Source: Candidatus Altiarchaeota archaeon
GTDB taxonomy: Archaea; Altiarchaeota; Altiarchaeia; IMC4; QMZM01
Assembly (NCBI GenBank): GCA_038891095.1
Contig: JAWAEV010000001.1
Location: forward strand, 260,468 to 324,467
DNA: 64,000 nucleotides
Reading direction: 5' to 3'
This document shows positions 1 through 9,772 of this stretch, in pieces. The translations under genes were made by a program, and so were the position numbers. Numbering within the stretch: the stretch's first letter is position 1; each line of letters opens with the position of its first letter. The notes beneath the pieces were generated by a model. That model made no database searches. It was not told the origin of the DNA and worked only from the letters and a program-made list of their open reading frames with translations.

Positions 1-246
1 ACCTGTAATAAAAATAGAGGAGGCGTGTGGATTCCGTGCGGAACCCCCCCATGTGACTGCCGTGTGCAGGTACCTGTCCATCTAGACCCTGGTAGTATAT
101 GGTTAACACCAAGGTACACAAATTGTGAACCCTTAGTTAAGGGAGAGCAATTTGAAGTTTATATTACTTTTGAATATCAGGAAAGAGCAGGTAAGGACTG
201 GATAACAAAAAAAGATTCTGGAGTTATAAGAGGTTATGCAGAATGA
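1..246 (+). CDS. Pilin-like protein, 5'-truncated by the window edge
   Basis: Frame 1 is open from base 1. The C-terminus FEVYITFEYQERAG...KDSGVIRGYAE parallels the C-termini of the two pilins that follow. Confidence 0.65.
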   Translation, partial: TCNKNRGGVWIPCGTPPCDCRVQVPVHLDPGSIWLTPRYTNCEPLVKGEQFEVYITFEYQERAGKDWITKKDSGVIRGYAE

Positions 247-761
247 AAACAAAAAAAAGCCAGGCAGCAGTTGAATATCTTCAAAACTATGGTTTTGCAA
301 TTTTAATAGTTCTAATTATGGGTGTTGCTCTGTGGCATATGGGAGTATTTAATGTTGCACCAAAAACAAATATTGCAAGAGGATTTAACACTATAAAGGT
401 TCTTGAGCCAAGTATTAAATATATAAAAAAGACAGGTACTGCAAGCGAGAGAGTTACTAATAATCTCAACTTCGTTATCGTAAATACTGGTAGCGTTTAT
501 GTTCACGACCTTTCTCTTACTGTTGGTGGTGACTGCAATTTTAGTTACTCAAGTGGGGACGAAATTTTATGCTCTGGAACATATTTTAAAAAAACAATAC
601 TTGGACCCTCAGAGACTACAGATATAGCGAATATATGCTGCAAGGAATACGCGCCAGGTGATCCATTCTGGGTTTTAGTAAATATTACATACTATGAACG
701 AGTGGGGGAACAAAAAATACAGAAAAAAGAAAGTGGCGTACTTCAAGGTTTTGTTGAATAG
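243..761 (+). CDS. Type IV pilin-like protein with class III signal peptide
   Basis: N-terminus KKSQAAVEYLQNYGFAILIVLIMGVALW: basic leader, then QxxxE, then a hydrophobic helix. Confidence 0.85.
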   Translation: MKTKKSQAAVEYLQNYGFAILIVLIMGVALWHMGVFNVAPKTNIARGFNTIKVLEPSIKYIKKTGTASERVTNNLNFVIVNTGSVYVHDLSLTVGGDCNFSYSSGDEILCSGTYFKKTILGPSETTDIANICCKEYAPGDPFWVLVNITYYERVGEQKIQKKESGVLQGFVE

Positions 762-841
762 CTAAAAAACAAAAAAAGAAAGGTATTTATACTCAAAATT
801 GTAATTTTATATTACAAAAATAAAAGAGGTGAGAAACAAAA

Positions 842-1315
842 ATGGAAATAAAGAAAAAGAAGGGTCAGGGTGCTATGGAGTACCTGATGACCTATGGATG
901 GGCAATTCTGGTTGTGATGATTGTCGGAGTTGTCCTTTGGCAATTGGGAATTTTTGGGCCAAGCAGCACGGTTAACACATGTAGAGGTTTCTCAAAGGTG
1001 AAGGTGTTTGATAATAGCATTAGGTTTGCACCAGCTATAGAAACAGATAATTTTAAATTTACTATTATGAATGGCGCTGGGCAGACAATTACTGGCACAA
1101 ATATTTCAATTGGTGGGTGTGACTGTATTACCTGTACTGACTTACAAATAGGTGCTGGTGATACTTATGCTGTTACTGCAAGTTGTTCTCCAGCAAAAGC
1201 TCCAGGTGAAAGTTTTTCTATACCAATAAATATCACATATGTTGAAACTGTTGTTGGGACTCCGGTAGTAAGAGTAGAAACAGGCACATGCAGAGGATCT
1301 GCCGAAAAGGCATAA
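842..1315 (+). CDS. Type IV pilin-like protein with class III signal peptide
   Basis: KKKGQGAMEYLMTYGWAILVVMIVGVVLW; GAGGTGA RBS upstream. Confidence 0.88.
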   Translation: MEIKKKKGQGAMEYLMTYGWAILVVMIVGVVLWQLGIFGPSSTVNTCRGFSKVKVFDNSIRFAPAIETDNFKFTIMNGAGQTITGTNISIGGCDCITCTDLQIGAGDTYAVTASCSPAKAPGESFSIPINITYVETVVGTPVVRVETGTCRGSAEKA

Positions 1316-1319
1316 ACCT

Positions 1320-1352
1320 ATTTTCTTTTTTTTCTTTTTCTTTTTTCTTCTT
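1320..1352 (+). terminator. Oligo-T archaeal terminator after the pilin cluster
   Basis: Long T-rich tract directly after the stop codon. Confidence 0.55.
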
Positions 1353-1422
1353 GCTAAATTACTTAATTTTTAATCCTTAATTTCTAAATTAGATATTGCA
1401 TTCATTTTGCTCTAAACTTAAA

Positions 1423-2052
1423 ATGTATAAAATTTTAACTGTAACTGAGACTGTAAGAGTTCCGCCAAAGAGATTTAATGAAGAGCTAAAAGAAGTTATA
1501 AAATCTGAATTTGCAAATGCCTATAATGGTAAAGTTGTTAAGAATGTTGGTATAATTCTTGATGTTTTAAATGTTAATGAAATAAGTGATGGTAAGATAA
1601 TAATGGGTGATGGTGCAATTTATTATGATGCAGAACTTGAAATTTTGGTTTTTCAGCCAGTTTTAAATGAAGTCATTGAAGGTACTGTAACAGAATTGGC
1701 AGAATTTGGAGCATTTGTAAATTTTGGTCCCTTAGATGGTTTAATTCATCTCTCACAGATTACTGAGGATTTTATGAGTTATGATAAAAGAGCTTCAGTT
1801 ATTCTTGGCAAGGAAACAAAGAAGGTTTTAAGAGTTGAAGATCAGGTAAGAGCAAGGATTGTTGCAATTTCATTGAAAAATACAGTTAGTGATTCAAAGA
1901 TTGGCCTAACAATGAGACAGCCATATCTAGGAAAATTTGAATGGCTTGAAGAAGAAAGAAAAAGGTTGGAGAAGAAAAAGGTTGGAGAAGAAAAAAAGAA
2001 AACAACTGAAGAGAAAGAAAAAAAGAAAAAAACAGAAAAGAAGGAAAAATGA
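1423..2052 (+). CDS. rpoE1: DNA-directed RNA polymerase subunit Rpo7 (E')
   Basis: VRVPP, S1-domain FGAFVNFGPLDGLIHLSQI and IGLTMRQPYLGK motifs; ATG at 1423 preferred. Confidence 0.96.
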   Translation: MYKILTVTETVRVPPKRFNEELKEVIKSEFANAYNGKVVKNVGIILDVLNVNEISDGKIIMGDGAIYYDAELEILVFQPVLNEVIEGTVTELAEFGAFVNFGPLDGLIHLSQITEDFMSYDKRASVILGKETKKVLRVEDQVRARIVAISLKNTVSDSKIGLTMRQPYLGKFEWLEEERKRLEKKKVGEEKKKTTEEKEKKKKTEKKEK

Positions 2053-2228
2053 GAAAGGCATGTAGAAAATGCAAACAAATTTTTGATGCAGACATCTGCC
2101 CAAATTGTAAAGAGCCAACAACGCAATATTGGTCTGGCTATTTAGCAGTTATTAACCCAGAAAAATCAGAAATTGCAAAAAGAATGAACATAAAAATTCC
2201 TGGGGAGTATGTGCTAAAAATAAGGTGA
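2049..2228 (+). CDS. spt4: Transcription elongation factor Spt4 (RpoE2), missed by ORF track
   Basis: Manual translation MRKACRKCKQIFDADICPNCKEPTTQYWSGYLAVINPEKSEIAKRMNIKIPGEYVLKIR; conserved position after rpoE1. Confidence 0.93.
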   Translation: MRKACRKCKQIFDADICPNCKEPTTQYWSGYLAVINPEKSEIAKRMNIKIPGEYVLKIR

Positions 2229-2713
2229 AACTGAAGATCTCAGAAAAAACAAGGAAAAAGCTAAAAAGATTTTCAGTTCCGATAGTTAAAAATTTAAGAA
2301 ATTTAAATCTCAAGGATAAGTTAATTATTTGCATTGGTGATGAAACCTCAAGAGAGATATTGAAACTTGGCATAAAGCCAAAAATTTGTGTTTACGATTG
2401 CAAAATAATGCGAAAAGAAATTCCAATTCCAGATGAAATAAAAAATTTTAATGCAAAAGAGATAGAAGTTAGAAATCCAGCAGGTGAGATAACTGAAGAA
2501 CTTTACAATGCGATAAAAAAGAGTTTACAGAGCAATTTAAATGTAAAAATTCATGTTATTGGGGAGGAAGATCTTTCAGCATTGGCTGCGATAAATTTAG
2601 CACCATTAAACTCTTTAGTGCTTTACGGTCAACCAAAAAAAGGTGTTGCAGTAGTTGAGGTTAATGAAAAAATAAAAAAGAGGGTTAATAAAATTTTAGA
2701 AGATAAAAACTAA
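2225..2713 (+). CDS. GTP-dependent dephospho-CoA kinase family (DUF359)
   Basis: IGD, NPAGEI, GEEDL and VLYGQP motifs; canonical synteny between spt4 and rps24e. Confidence 0.88.
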   Translation: MKLKISEKTRKKLKRFSVPIVKNLRNLNLKDKLIICIGDETSREILKLGIKPKICVYDCKIMRKEIPIPDEIKNFNAKEIEVRNPAGEITEELYNAIKKSLQSNLNVKIHVIGEEDLSALAAINLAPLNSLVLYGQPKKGVAVVEVNEKIKKRVNKILEDKN

Positions 2714-2732
2714 AGGACTTAGAGTTGATAAG

Positions 2733-3059
2733 ATGGAAATCAAAATTTTAAATGAGAGAGAAAATCCCTTGTTGAATAGAAAAGAAGTTAAACTTAGGGT
2801 CTATTTTGATAAGGTTATTCCAAAATTTAAAGAAGTAAGAAAAGAGGTAATTTCTTATTTAAAAATAGATGAAAATTTAACTGTTATGAACTCTATAAAG
2901 ACTGAATTTGGAGCTAAATATGCTGATTGCTATGTAAAAATTTACAAAGATTCTGAAAGCATGAAAGTTGAACCAAAATTCAGAATAAAGAAAAACTTTG
3001 AAGAAAAGAAAGCTGAAAATAAAAAAGAAGAAGAAGTAAAAGAAAAAAAACCTGAGTGA
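2733..3059 (+). CDS. rps24e: 30S ribosomal protein S24e
   Basis: [10 protein letters not shown] and TEFG...YVKIY motifs. Confidence 0.93.
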   Translation: MEIKILNERENPLLNRKEVKLRVYFDKVIPKFKEVRKEVISYLKIDENLTVMNSIKTEFGAKYADCYVKIYKDSESMKVEPKFRIKKNFEEKKAENKKEEEVKEKKPE

Positions 3060-3061
3060 AA

Positions 3062-3256
3062 ATGGCGGAAAAAGGAGAAACAGAAAAGAAAAAGAGGAAT
3101 CCTACAAAAAAATGGAAAAAATATGAAATCTCTGGGGATAAAATTAAAAGGAAGGATAAATTCTGCCCAAAGTGTGGAGTTGGTGTTTTTTTAGCAAGAC
3201 ATAAAGACAGAATTTCTTGTGGTAAATGCGGTTATACTGAATTTACTAAGAAATAA
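3062..3256 (+). CDS. rps27ae: 30S ribosomal protein S27ae
   Basis: [27 protein letters not shown] zinc finger. Confidence 0.96.
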   Translation: MAEKGETEKKKRNPTKKWKKYEISGDKIKRKDKFCPKCGVGVFLARHKDRISCGKCGYTEFTKK

Positions 3257-3813
3257 TGGCAAAAGTTGTTGTAGGAATTGACCTGGCAGGAAATCCAAAG
3301 AATGATACTGGGTTTTGCGTGCTTACTGCTACTGAAACTCTAAAGGATGTTTCAACTGAAATTTTGCACTCAGACCAAGAGATAATTGAAAAGGTTGAAA
3401 TTGTTAAACCTGAAGTAATTGCAATAGATGCTCCCCTAACATATTTTGGAGAAAATAGAAAGTGTGATGAACTTCTCAAGGAATATGGCACATTGCCAGT
3501 AACACTTCGTGGTATGGAAGTTTTAGCAATTCGTGGTAGAGAATTAAGGAAAAAACTTGAAAGTAGAAACTTTAATGTAATTGAAATTTTTGCAACAGCA
3601 TCTGCAAAAATTCTTGGCTTATATGCAGAAACTGAAAAAGAAATGCAAAAAAATTTGCTTAACTCGAATATAAAGGGCGCTATAGAGAGAAAATTTTTGA
3701 ATAAGGATGAATTAGATGCAATATTTGCTGCAATTACAGCTTATATGTATACTGAGAATTTAGTTGATTTCGTTGGTGATGAAAAAGGAAGGATAGCAAT
3801 TCCAAAAGTTTAG
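3256..3813 (+). CDS. DUF429 family predicted RNase H-fold nuclease
   Basis: GIDLA, IAIDAPL and DELDA motifs. Confidence 0.78.
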   Translation: MAKVVVGIDLAGNPKNDTGFCVLTATETLKDVSTEILHSDQEIIEKVEIVKPEVIAIDAPLTYFGENRKCDELLKEYGTLPVTLRGMEVLAIRGRELRKKLESRNFNVIEIFATASAKILGLYAETEKEMQKNLLNSNIKGAIERKFLNKDELDAIFAAITAYMYTENLVDFVGDEKGRIAIPKV

Positions 3814-3856
3814 TAAAATATTTATGTTATAAAACATAAAATATTAAAGTGTAAAA

Positions 3857-5236
3857 TTGAAAGATTATGATGTTGTTATTATCGGCTCAGGACCAGCAGG
3901 TATGTTCTCTGCATATGAACTTGTGAATAAGAAAGAAAATTTAAAAATTTTGATTATTGATAAAGGCAAGTCAATAGATGAAAGAAATTGCCCAATGGTT
4001 AAAACAGGGAAATGTGTAAATTGTGAGCCATGTAACATAATGTGCGGAGTTGGTGGCTCAGGAACTTTTTCAGACGGAACTCTAAATTTAAGACCTGATA
4101 TTGGTGGTGATCTAACATCTATAACAAAAAATGAGAGATACTCTTGGCAACTAGTTGAAGAAGTTGACAAAGTATTTCTAAAATTTGGCGCTCCTGAGAA
4201 AATTTATGGAAATAGCAAAAAAGTTGATGAACTTAAAAGGAAGGCGGCATCAGTTGGCGTTAAATTTGTCGATATAAAACAAAGGCATATTGGCTCAGAT
4301 AATGCTCCAAAAGTTATAAAGAAATTTTATGAATACCTGAAAAAAAAGAAAGTTGAATTTTTGCTGAATACAAATGTTAAGGAGCTGATTGTGAAGGATA
4401 ACAAATGCCTTGGTGTTATTACTGAAAAGGAGGAAATTAAAGCAAAAGTAACACTTCTTGCTCCCGGAAGAGTTGGCGCATCATGGGTTGATTCAATTGT
4501 TAGAAAATATAAGCTAAGAGCAGGATTCTTACCAATTGATGTTGGCGTTAGAGTTGAAGTTCCATCAATAATTATGGATCCTATAATAGAAATTAACAGA
4601 GATCCAAAGTTTCATATTCGTAGCAAGAGATATGACGATTTTGTTAGAACCTTTTGCACAAATCACAGAGGTTTTGTTGTTAAAGAAAATTATAATGGAA
4701 TGATTGGTGTTAATGGTCATTCTATGATAAACGAATTTTCTGAAAATACAAATTTTGCTTTTTTAGTTAAAGTTGCTTTAACAAAACCAGTGGAGAATAC
4801 AATAGAATATGGAAAATCAATTGCAAAATTAGCAACAACAATTGGTGGAGGCAAACCAATATTACAAAGAATTGGCGATCTTAGGAGAGGAAGAAGATCT
4901 CATCTAGAATCAATACAAAAAAATCCATTGCAACCAACATTGCAAGAATTTACTCCTGGAGATATTTCAATGGCATTGCCTCATAGAATAGTTATGGACA
5001 TTATCGAAGGTTTAGAAAAACTAAATGATGTTATCCCAGGAGTGAATGAAGATTCAACTTTACTATATGCACCAGAAATTAAATTTTATGCCACTAGCCT
5101 TGAGATTGATGAAAATTTAGAAACCTCAGTAAAAGGACTTTTCGCAGCAGGAGATGGTGTTGGTTTATCAAGAGATCTTGTTAATGCATCAGCAACTGGA
5201 ATTTTAGCAGCAAGGGGAATTTTGAATTTTATATGA
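3857..5236 (+). CDS. NAD(P)/FAD-dependent oxidoreductase
   Basis: GSGPAG Rossmann motif, [14 protein letters not shown] and AAGDG; TTG start. Confidence 0.85.
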   Translation: MKDYDVVIIGSGPAGMFSAYELVNKKENLKILIIDKGKSIDERNCPMVKTGKCVNCEPCNIMCGVGGSGTFSDGTLNLRPDIGGDLTSITKNERYSWQLVEEVDKVFLKFGAPEKIYGNSKKVDELKRKAASVGVKFVDIKQRHIGSDNAPKVIKKFYEYLKKKKVEFLLNTNVKELIVKDNKCLGVITEKEEIKAKVTLLAPGRVGASWVDSIVRKYKLRAGFLPIDVGVRVEVPSIIMDPIIEINRDPKFHIRSKRYDDFVRTFCTNHRGFVVKENYNGMIGVNGHSMINEFSENTNFAFLVKVALTKPVENTIEYGKSIAKLATTIGGGKPILQRIGDLRRGRRSHLESIQKNPLQPTLQEFTPGDISMALPHRIVMDIIEGLEKLNDVIPGVNEDSTLLYAPEIKFYATSLEIDENLETSVKGLFAAGDGVGLSRDLVNASATGILAARGILNFI

Positions 5237-5745
5237 AAATCTCTGTGCTTAGATTAGGGCATAGATTTCATAGAGACAAAAGAACAACAACTCATCTGGC
5301 TTTAGTTGCAAGAGCTTTCTGTGCCGATGAATTAATTTTAGATTCTGAGGATAATGAAATTGAAAAAAGTGTTAAAAAAGTGATCACTACCTGGGGAGGA
5401 AATTTTAAAATCAAAGTAGAAAAAAACTGGCGAAAATTTATTGAGAATTTTTCTGGTGAAAAAATTCATTTGACAATGTACGGCATTCCAATTGATGAAA
5501 AAATTTCAGAAATACGAAACTCAAAAAAAGACAAACTTGTTATTGTTGGTGGCAAAAAGGTTCCTTCAGAGGTTTATCATCTTTCTGATTATAATGTTGC
5601 AATAACACAACAACCACATTCTGAGATTGCCGCATTAGCAATTTTTCTTCATGAATTTTTTAAAGGAAAAGAGCTAAGAAAAGAATTTAAAGGAAAAAAG
5701 AGGATAATTCCTCAGGAAAGAGGAAAGAAAGTTATAAATACTTAA
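5233..5745 (+). CDS. trm56: tRNA (cytidine(56)-2'-O)-methyltransferase aTrm56
   Basis: [20 protein letters not shown] and [13 protein letters not shown] motifs. Confidence 0.95.
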   Translation: MKISVLRLGHRFHRDKRTTTHLALVARAFCADELILDSEDNEIEKSVKKVITTWGGNFKIKVEKNWRKFIENFSGEKIHLTMYGIPIDEKISEIRNSKKDKLVIVGGKKVPSEVYHLSDYNVAITQQPHSEIAALAIFLHEFFKGKELRKEFKGKKRIIPQERGKKVINT

Positions 5746-5764
5746 TACCTAATAAATAAGGAAA

Positions 5765-6034
5765 ATGGCTGAAAGAAGTGAGGCAATTTTAAGGTTATTT
5801 ATATGGATATGCTGCTCTATAATTGCAGCATTTTGGGAAGTAATAGCATGGGCTGTTTCAGTAGTGCATTTAATATATGTGCTAATATTTGGCAGAAGGC
5901 ATAAAGGAATGGCAGAATTTGCAAACAATTTTATTAGCTATATGTATTCAGTTTACAGATACCTATATTTCACAACAAATGAAAGACCTTGGCCTTTTGG
6001 AAAAATTAAAAAAGTTGAAAAAGTTGAAATTTAG
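5765..6034 (+). CDS. DUF4389-like small membrane protein
   Basis: Hydrophobic N-terminal half; C-terminal Y..F.TNERPWPF. Confidence 0.7.
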   Translation: MAERSEAILRLFIWICCSIIAAFWEVIAWAVSVVHLIYVLIFGRRHKGMAEFANNFISYMYSVYRYLYFTTNERPWPFGKIKKVEKVEI

Positions 6035-6682
6035 CTACCAGCCTTCTTTACCTATTAAAGGCACGAAAATACAACCACCAAGATTACTCTCTTTTATTTT
6101 TCCTTCAGAATTTTTTTCAATTAGAATTAAATCTTGATATCCTCTATTTCCAACAGGAATAAGCAACTTTCCATCCTCTTTTAATTGTTCAATTAAGGGT
6201 TTAGGTATTTTTGGAGCAGCGGCAGTTACAATAATTCTATCATATGGCTTTTCTTTTTCATATCCAAGAGTTCCATCACCAATAATAACTGAAACATTCT
6301 CATAGCCACATTTTTTTAAATTTTCTTCTGCAAATTTTGCAATTTCAGCTATTCTCTCAACAGTAAAAATTTTTCCACTTTTTGCAATTTCAGCAAGTAT
6401 CGCTGCTTGATATCCTGAGCCTGAACCAACTTCCAAAATTTTATGATTTTTCTTTACATCCAAGGCTTCTGTCATTATAGCAACCATGTGCGGAGCTGAA
6501 ATTGTTTGTCCATAGCCTATTTCAAGAGGCCTATCATCATAAGCATATCTTCTCTGCCACTCAGGAACAAATTCTTCTCTTGGAACTTTTTTCATTGCTA
6601 TCAAAACTTTTCTACTTTTGATATAACCATGCTCAAAAAGTCTTTTGATTAATTCTTCTCTTTCTTTTTTTCTGTTCATCAT
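6035..6682 (-). CDS. pcm: Protein-L-isoaspartate O-methyltransferase
   Basis: VPREEF, GQTISAPHMVA, LEVGSGSGYQAA and FVPLIG motifs. Confidence 0.96.
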   Translation of the reverse strand: MMNRKKEREELIKRLFEHGYIKSRKVLIAMKKVPREEFVPEWQRRYAYDDRPLEIGYGQTISAPHMVAIMTEALDVKKNHKILEVGSGSGYQAAILAEIAKSGKIFTVERIAEIAKFAEENLKKCGYENVSVIIGDGTLGYEKEKPYDRIIVTAAAPKIPKPLIEQLKEDGKLLIPVGNRGYQDLILIEKNSEGKIKESNLGGCIFVPLIGKEGW

Positions 6683-6706
6683 TAATAATTAACAATAAAA
6701 TCAAAA

Positions 6707-7069
6707 ATGCAAAAAAAAGTAAAATTCTTGGCAGATTTAAAAGAGAATGAAAAAGCAGTTGTAGAAGTTTTTATTCCACAAATTTATGGGACAATGGAAT
6801 ACTATTGTAAAAACTGCAAAAAATTTTCTGGAAAAATCTGCGATTGTGGAAAATTCCCTGAGCCAATTTTCAGGATTTCTGGAATTTTAACAGACGGTAC
6901 AAAAACTTTACAGTTTAGAACTTTGTCAATAGAAGCATCAGAAAGACTTTCTGGAGTTAAAAAAGATTTTGCTAAGGATATTGACATTAAAGCTATCATG
7001 AAAAAGCCGCATGTTATTTTTGGCTATTTAAATAAGGGGAAATTTTTGATTGAGAAAGTTTTAGAATGA
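6707..7069 (+). CDS. Zn-ribbon OB-fold protein resembling the RPA large-subunit C-terminal domain
   Basis: YYCKNCKK...CDCG zinc ribbon followed by FRISGILTDGT. Confidence 0.55.
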   Translation: MQKKVKFLADLKENEKAVVEVFIPQIYGTMEYYCKNCKKFSGKICDCGKFPEPIFRISGILTDGTKTLQFRTLSIEASERLSGVKKDFAKDIDIKAIMKKPHVIFGYLNKGKFLIEKVLE

Positions 7070-7686
7070 ATATATTACTGCTCAATATTAAGGATTTGAA
7101 CAATGCTGAATATGAAAGAAAGGAAAGAAAAAATTTGCTAAGAACAGAATTTGGAGTTTGTGATACTGTAGCATTTTGTGGTAAACTTGAAAAAGTTGAA
7201 AAAACTGATTACGGACCAAGATTTACAATTAATGATACAGATATCATAACTGTGATAATTGGAACATTCAATAAAAATGTTAGAGAAGATGCTGAAAAAA
7301 TTATGAAAGAATTTGATAAGGATAAGGAGCAATATGTCTTGATATATGGAAATCCCTATAAAGCAGATAAGTTGTATATAAATGTGAATAACGATAATGG
7401 TGTTCTTCTTGTTGATAAAAGGGTATATGAAAAATTCCATGAGATTAGAGAGAGAAGTAACAAATATTTGTTAGAGAAAAATAAAGAAAAAATTGATAAA
7501 AAACAAAAAATTCTTAGTTCAGAAGAAATTTTAAATTTCATTAAAAAGAGAAAAACTGCAAAAATTGAAGAAATTGAGGAGGAGTTTTCAAATTTTGATA
7601 AAGAATTTATCTATGAAAAAATTCTTGAGCTTTTAGAAACAGGAAAAGTTTATGAACCAAAAGCAGGACTTATAAGCATTATATGA
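7066..7686 (+). CDS. RPA32-like protein (OB fold plus C-terminal winged helix)
   Basis: C-terminal LLETGKVYEPKAG is a wH signature; overlaps the previous gene. Confidence 0.55.
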   Translation: MNILLLNIKDLNNAEYERKERKNLLRTEFGVCDTVAFCGKLEKVEKTDYGPRFTINDTDIITVIIGTFNKNVREDAEKIMKEFDKDKEQYVLIYGNPYKADKLYINVNNDNGVLLVDKRVYEKFHEIRERSNKYLLEKNKEKIDKKQKILSSEEILNFIKKRKTAKIEEIEEEFSNFDKEFIYEKILELLETGKVYEPKAGLISII

Positions 7687-7687
7687 A

Positions 7688-7806
7688 TGGGCCCGACGGG
7701 ATTTGAACCCGCGACCCCCTGGTCTCTCCTACAAATGAAAATCCATAATTTAGTCAAAACATATGGATTAAAAGCCAGGTGCTCTGCCAAACTGAGCTAC
7801 GAGCCC
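7688..7806 (-). tRNA. tRNA-Lys(UUU) with 45-nt intron (7724-7768) at position 37/38
   Basis: Minus strand reads GGGCTCG..GCTCAGTTTGGCAGAGC A CCTGG CT TTT A [intron] A CCAGG..GGTTCAAATCC..CGGGCCC A. Confidence 0.93.
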
Positions 7807-7856
7807 TTCTATATGAGTAAAATATTATTATCCTCAGTATATAAAAAAGAAATCAA

Positions 7857-8021
7857 CTAAACAAAAATGCTGAATAAAATTTCTATTAATATAAAAGTAA
7901 AAACTACTGCTAATACTATCTTTGGATCAACTTTTGGGCCACCCTCATCAACATCGAAATATCTTATAAGACCTGCACCGCCTGCAAGACCAGGTACATT
8001 TTTCCTTTGCAAAATTGGCAT
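7857..8021 (-). CDS. secG: Preprotein translocase subunit Sec61beta, missed by ORF track
   Basis: Manual translation MPILQRKNVPGLAGGAGLIRYFDVDEGGPKVDPKIVLAVVFTFILIEILFSIFV. Confidence 0.9.
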   Translation of the reverse strand: MPILQRKNVPGLAGGAGLIRYFDVDEGGPKVDPKIVLAVVFTFILIEILFSIFV

Positions 8022-8054
8022 TTTCAATAGAATATTAGCATTAAAATTAAAAAA

Positions 8055-9455
8055 TTAATATGTTTTTGCAATTCTCACCTCTTTACCTTCTTTTTGGCAA
8101 ACTACACATTTTTGCATTTTATCAGAGACATTTAAAAAACTAAAACCTGATATCTCAATTTTTTCTGCACAACTCATGCTGCCACACCAACCAGTAGTTA
8201 CAATACCTTTCGAAAGATATTTTTTCAATTCTTCAAAATTTTTTGCATTGAAAAGCATTTCATTAAATTTTTTCTCTGCTCTCTCACGGAGGCTTTTTTC
8301 AATTTCAGATAGCAAAAAATTTATTTTCTTTTTTGATAGTTCAGAGAAGTTAAATTGCTCTCTTTTCAGGTTATCTCTTCTGACAATTGTTATTTTTTTC
8401 GCATCTAAATCTCTTGGGCCAATTTCAATTCTCAGTGGTACACCTTTCATTTCCCAGAAATAATATCTTGCTCCAGGTCTTTCATCAGTTATATCAACAT
8501 ATGTCCTAAAACTACTTTTTAATTTCTTCTCAACTTTTTTTGCATATGCTAAAATTTCTTCCTTTTTTGATTTTTTATAGAGTATTGGAATTATGACAAT
8601 TTGTATTGGCGCAACTCTTGGCGGAAGAATAATGCCATGCTTATCAGAATGAATACAAATTATTGCAGCAAGTAATCTCCCAAAACTAGGAGCATAGGAA
8701 CTTTGATATGGATACTGCTTCTCCCCATTTTCATCTTCGAATGTAAGGTTAAAAACTTTTGAAAAATTTTGTCCAAGATTGTGCCATGTGGCACATTGCA
8801 ATGTTTTTCCATCTGGCATTATCACATCAAAGGCATATGTCTCATTCGCTCCAGGAAATTTATCCCACTCTGGTCTTTTATTAAATTGAAATTTTAAGCA
8901 GAGAAGTTCTGTTATAAGCTTTGTATAAATTTCTTTAATTTCTTCATGATTTTTTGCTAATGCCTCTTTTGAAGGATATGCTGTATGTCCCTCGTTCCAT
9001 AGAAACTCTCGACCTCTTATTAATGGTCTTGTGTGTTTTGTTTCATATCTATAAACAGCGGAAGGATGATGAATTTTAAAAGGTAAATCTTTATGGCTTT
9101 TTATCCATAATTTGAACATCTCATATAGTGGAGTTTCTGATGTTGGTCTTAATGCTAACTTCTCTTCTAATTTATTTTTTCCTGCATGAGTAACCCAAAA
9201 TACTTGGTCTTCAAAACCAGCAATATGTTTTGATTCCTTTAGCAATAACCTTTCAGGAATTAGAACAGGCATGAATAATGGCTCATGTCCATTTTCTTCA
9301 AGAAGAGTTGTAAGGAAATTGCTCATTTCTCGGATAATTTTAAATCCCCAGTCTCGATAGATTAACATTCCCTTTACAGGATATCTCTGATCAACAATTT
9401 TTGCATCTTCTAGAATTTTGTGATACCACTCTGAGAAACTATCTTCTGCCTCCAT
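8055..9455 (-). CDS. proS: Proline--tRNA ligase (archaeal/eukaryotic type)
   Basis: LALRPTSET, YRYETKHTRPLIRGREF, GVPLRIEIGPRD and C-terminal AKTY. Confidence 0.97.
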   Translation of the reverse strand: MEAEDSFSEWYHKILEDAKIVDQRYPVKGMLIYRDWGFKIIREMSNFLTTLLEENGHEPLFMPVLIPERLLLKESKHIAGFEDQVFWVTHAGKNKLEEKLALRPTSETPLYEMFKLWIKSHKDLPFKIHHPSAVYRYETKHTRPLIRGREFLWNEGHTAYPSKEALAKNHEEIKEIYTKLITELLCLKFQFNKRPEWDKFPGANETYAFDVIMPDGKTLQCATWHNLGQNFSKVFNLTFEDENGEKQYPYQSSYAPSFGRLLAAIICIHSDKHGIILPPRVAPIQIVIIPILYKKSKKEEILAYAKKVEKKLKSSFRTYVDITDERPGARYYFWEMKGVPLRIEIGPRDLDAKKITIVRRDNLKREQFNFSELSKKKINFLLSEIEKSLRERAEKKFNEMLFNAKNFEELKKYLSKGIVTTGWCGSMSCAEKIEISGFSFLNVSDKMQKCVVCQKEGKEVRIAKTY

Positions 9456-9558
9456 TTCTTAAAAGTATAGAAATTAAAAAATAAAAGAGAAAAAGAAAAA
9501 ATCTCAATCTTTTTTTCCAAATCATTAAATCCTTAGAGGATTTATGATAAGGATAGAA

Positions 9559-9708
9559 TTAGAACCTTTTAGGTCTGTGCTTTTGATAGCACTCTCTGCA
9601 GTATACAGGCCTATCGCCTGCTGGCTTGAAAGGAACCTCTGCCTCTGCTCCACAATCAGAGCAGGTAATTTTGTAGGTTTTCCTTTCATAGCCCCTATTT
9701 TCTGCCAT
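9559..9708 (-). CDS. CxxC-x17-CxxC domain small protein, missed by ORF track
   Basis: Manual translation MAENRGYERKTYKITCSDCGAEAEVPFKPAGDRPVYCRECYQKHRPKRF; GGAGGT RBS upstream. Confidence 0.9.
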   Translation of the reverse strand: MAENRGYERKTYKITCSDCGAEAEVPFKPAGDRPVYCRECYQKHRPKRF

Positions 9709-9772
9709 TCTATATATACCTCCATATATATTTTATGTGTCAGTATTTAGATTACTTGCTTAAAAATGCAAC

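Noticed and set aside
7867-8058. 63-aa plus-strand ORF
   Set aside because: Antisense shadow of Sec61beta.
9525-9750. Track ORFs 9525-9725(-) and 9544-9750(+)
   Set aside because: Shadow frames. The real gene is the CxxC-x17-CxxC protein at 9559-9708(-).
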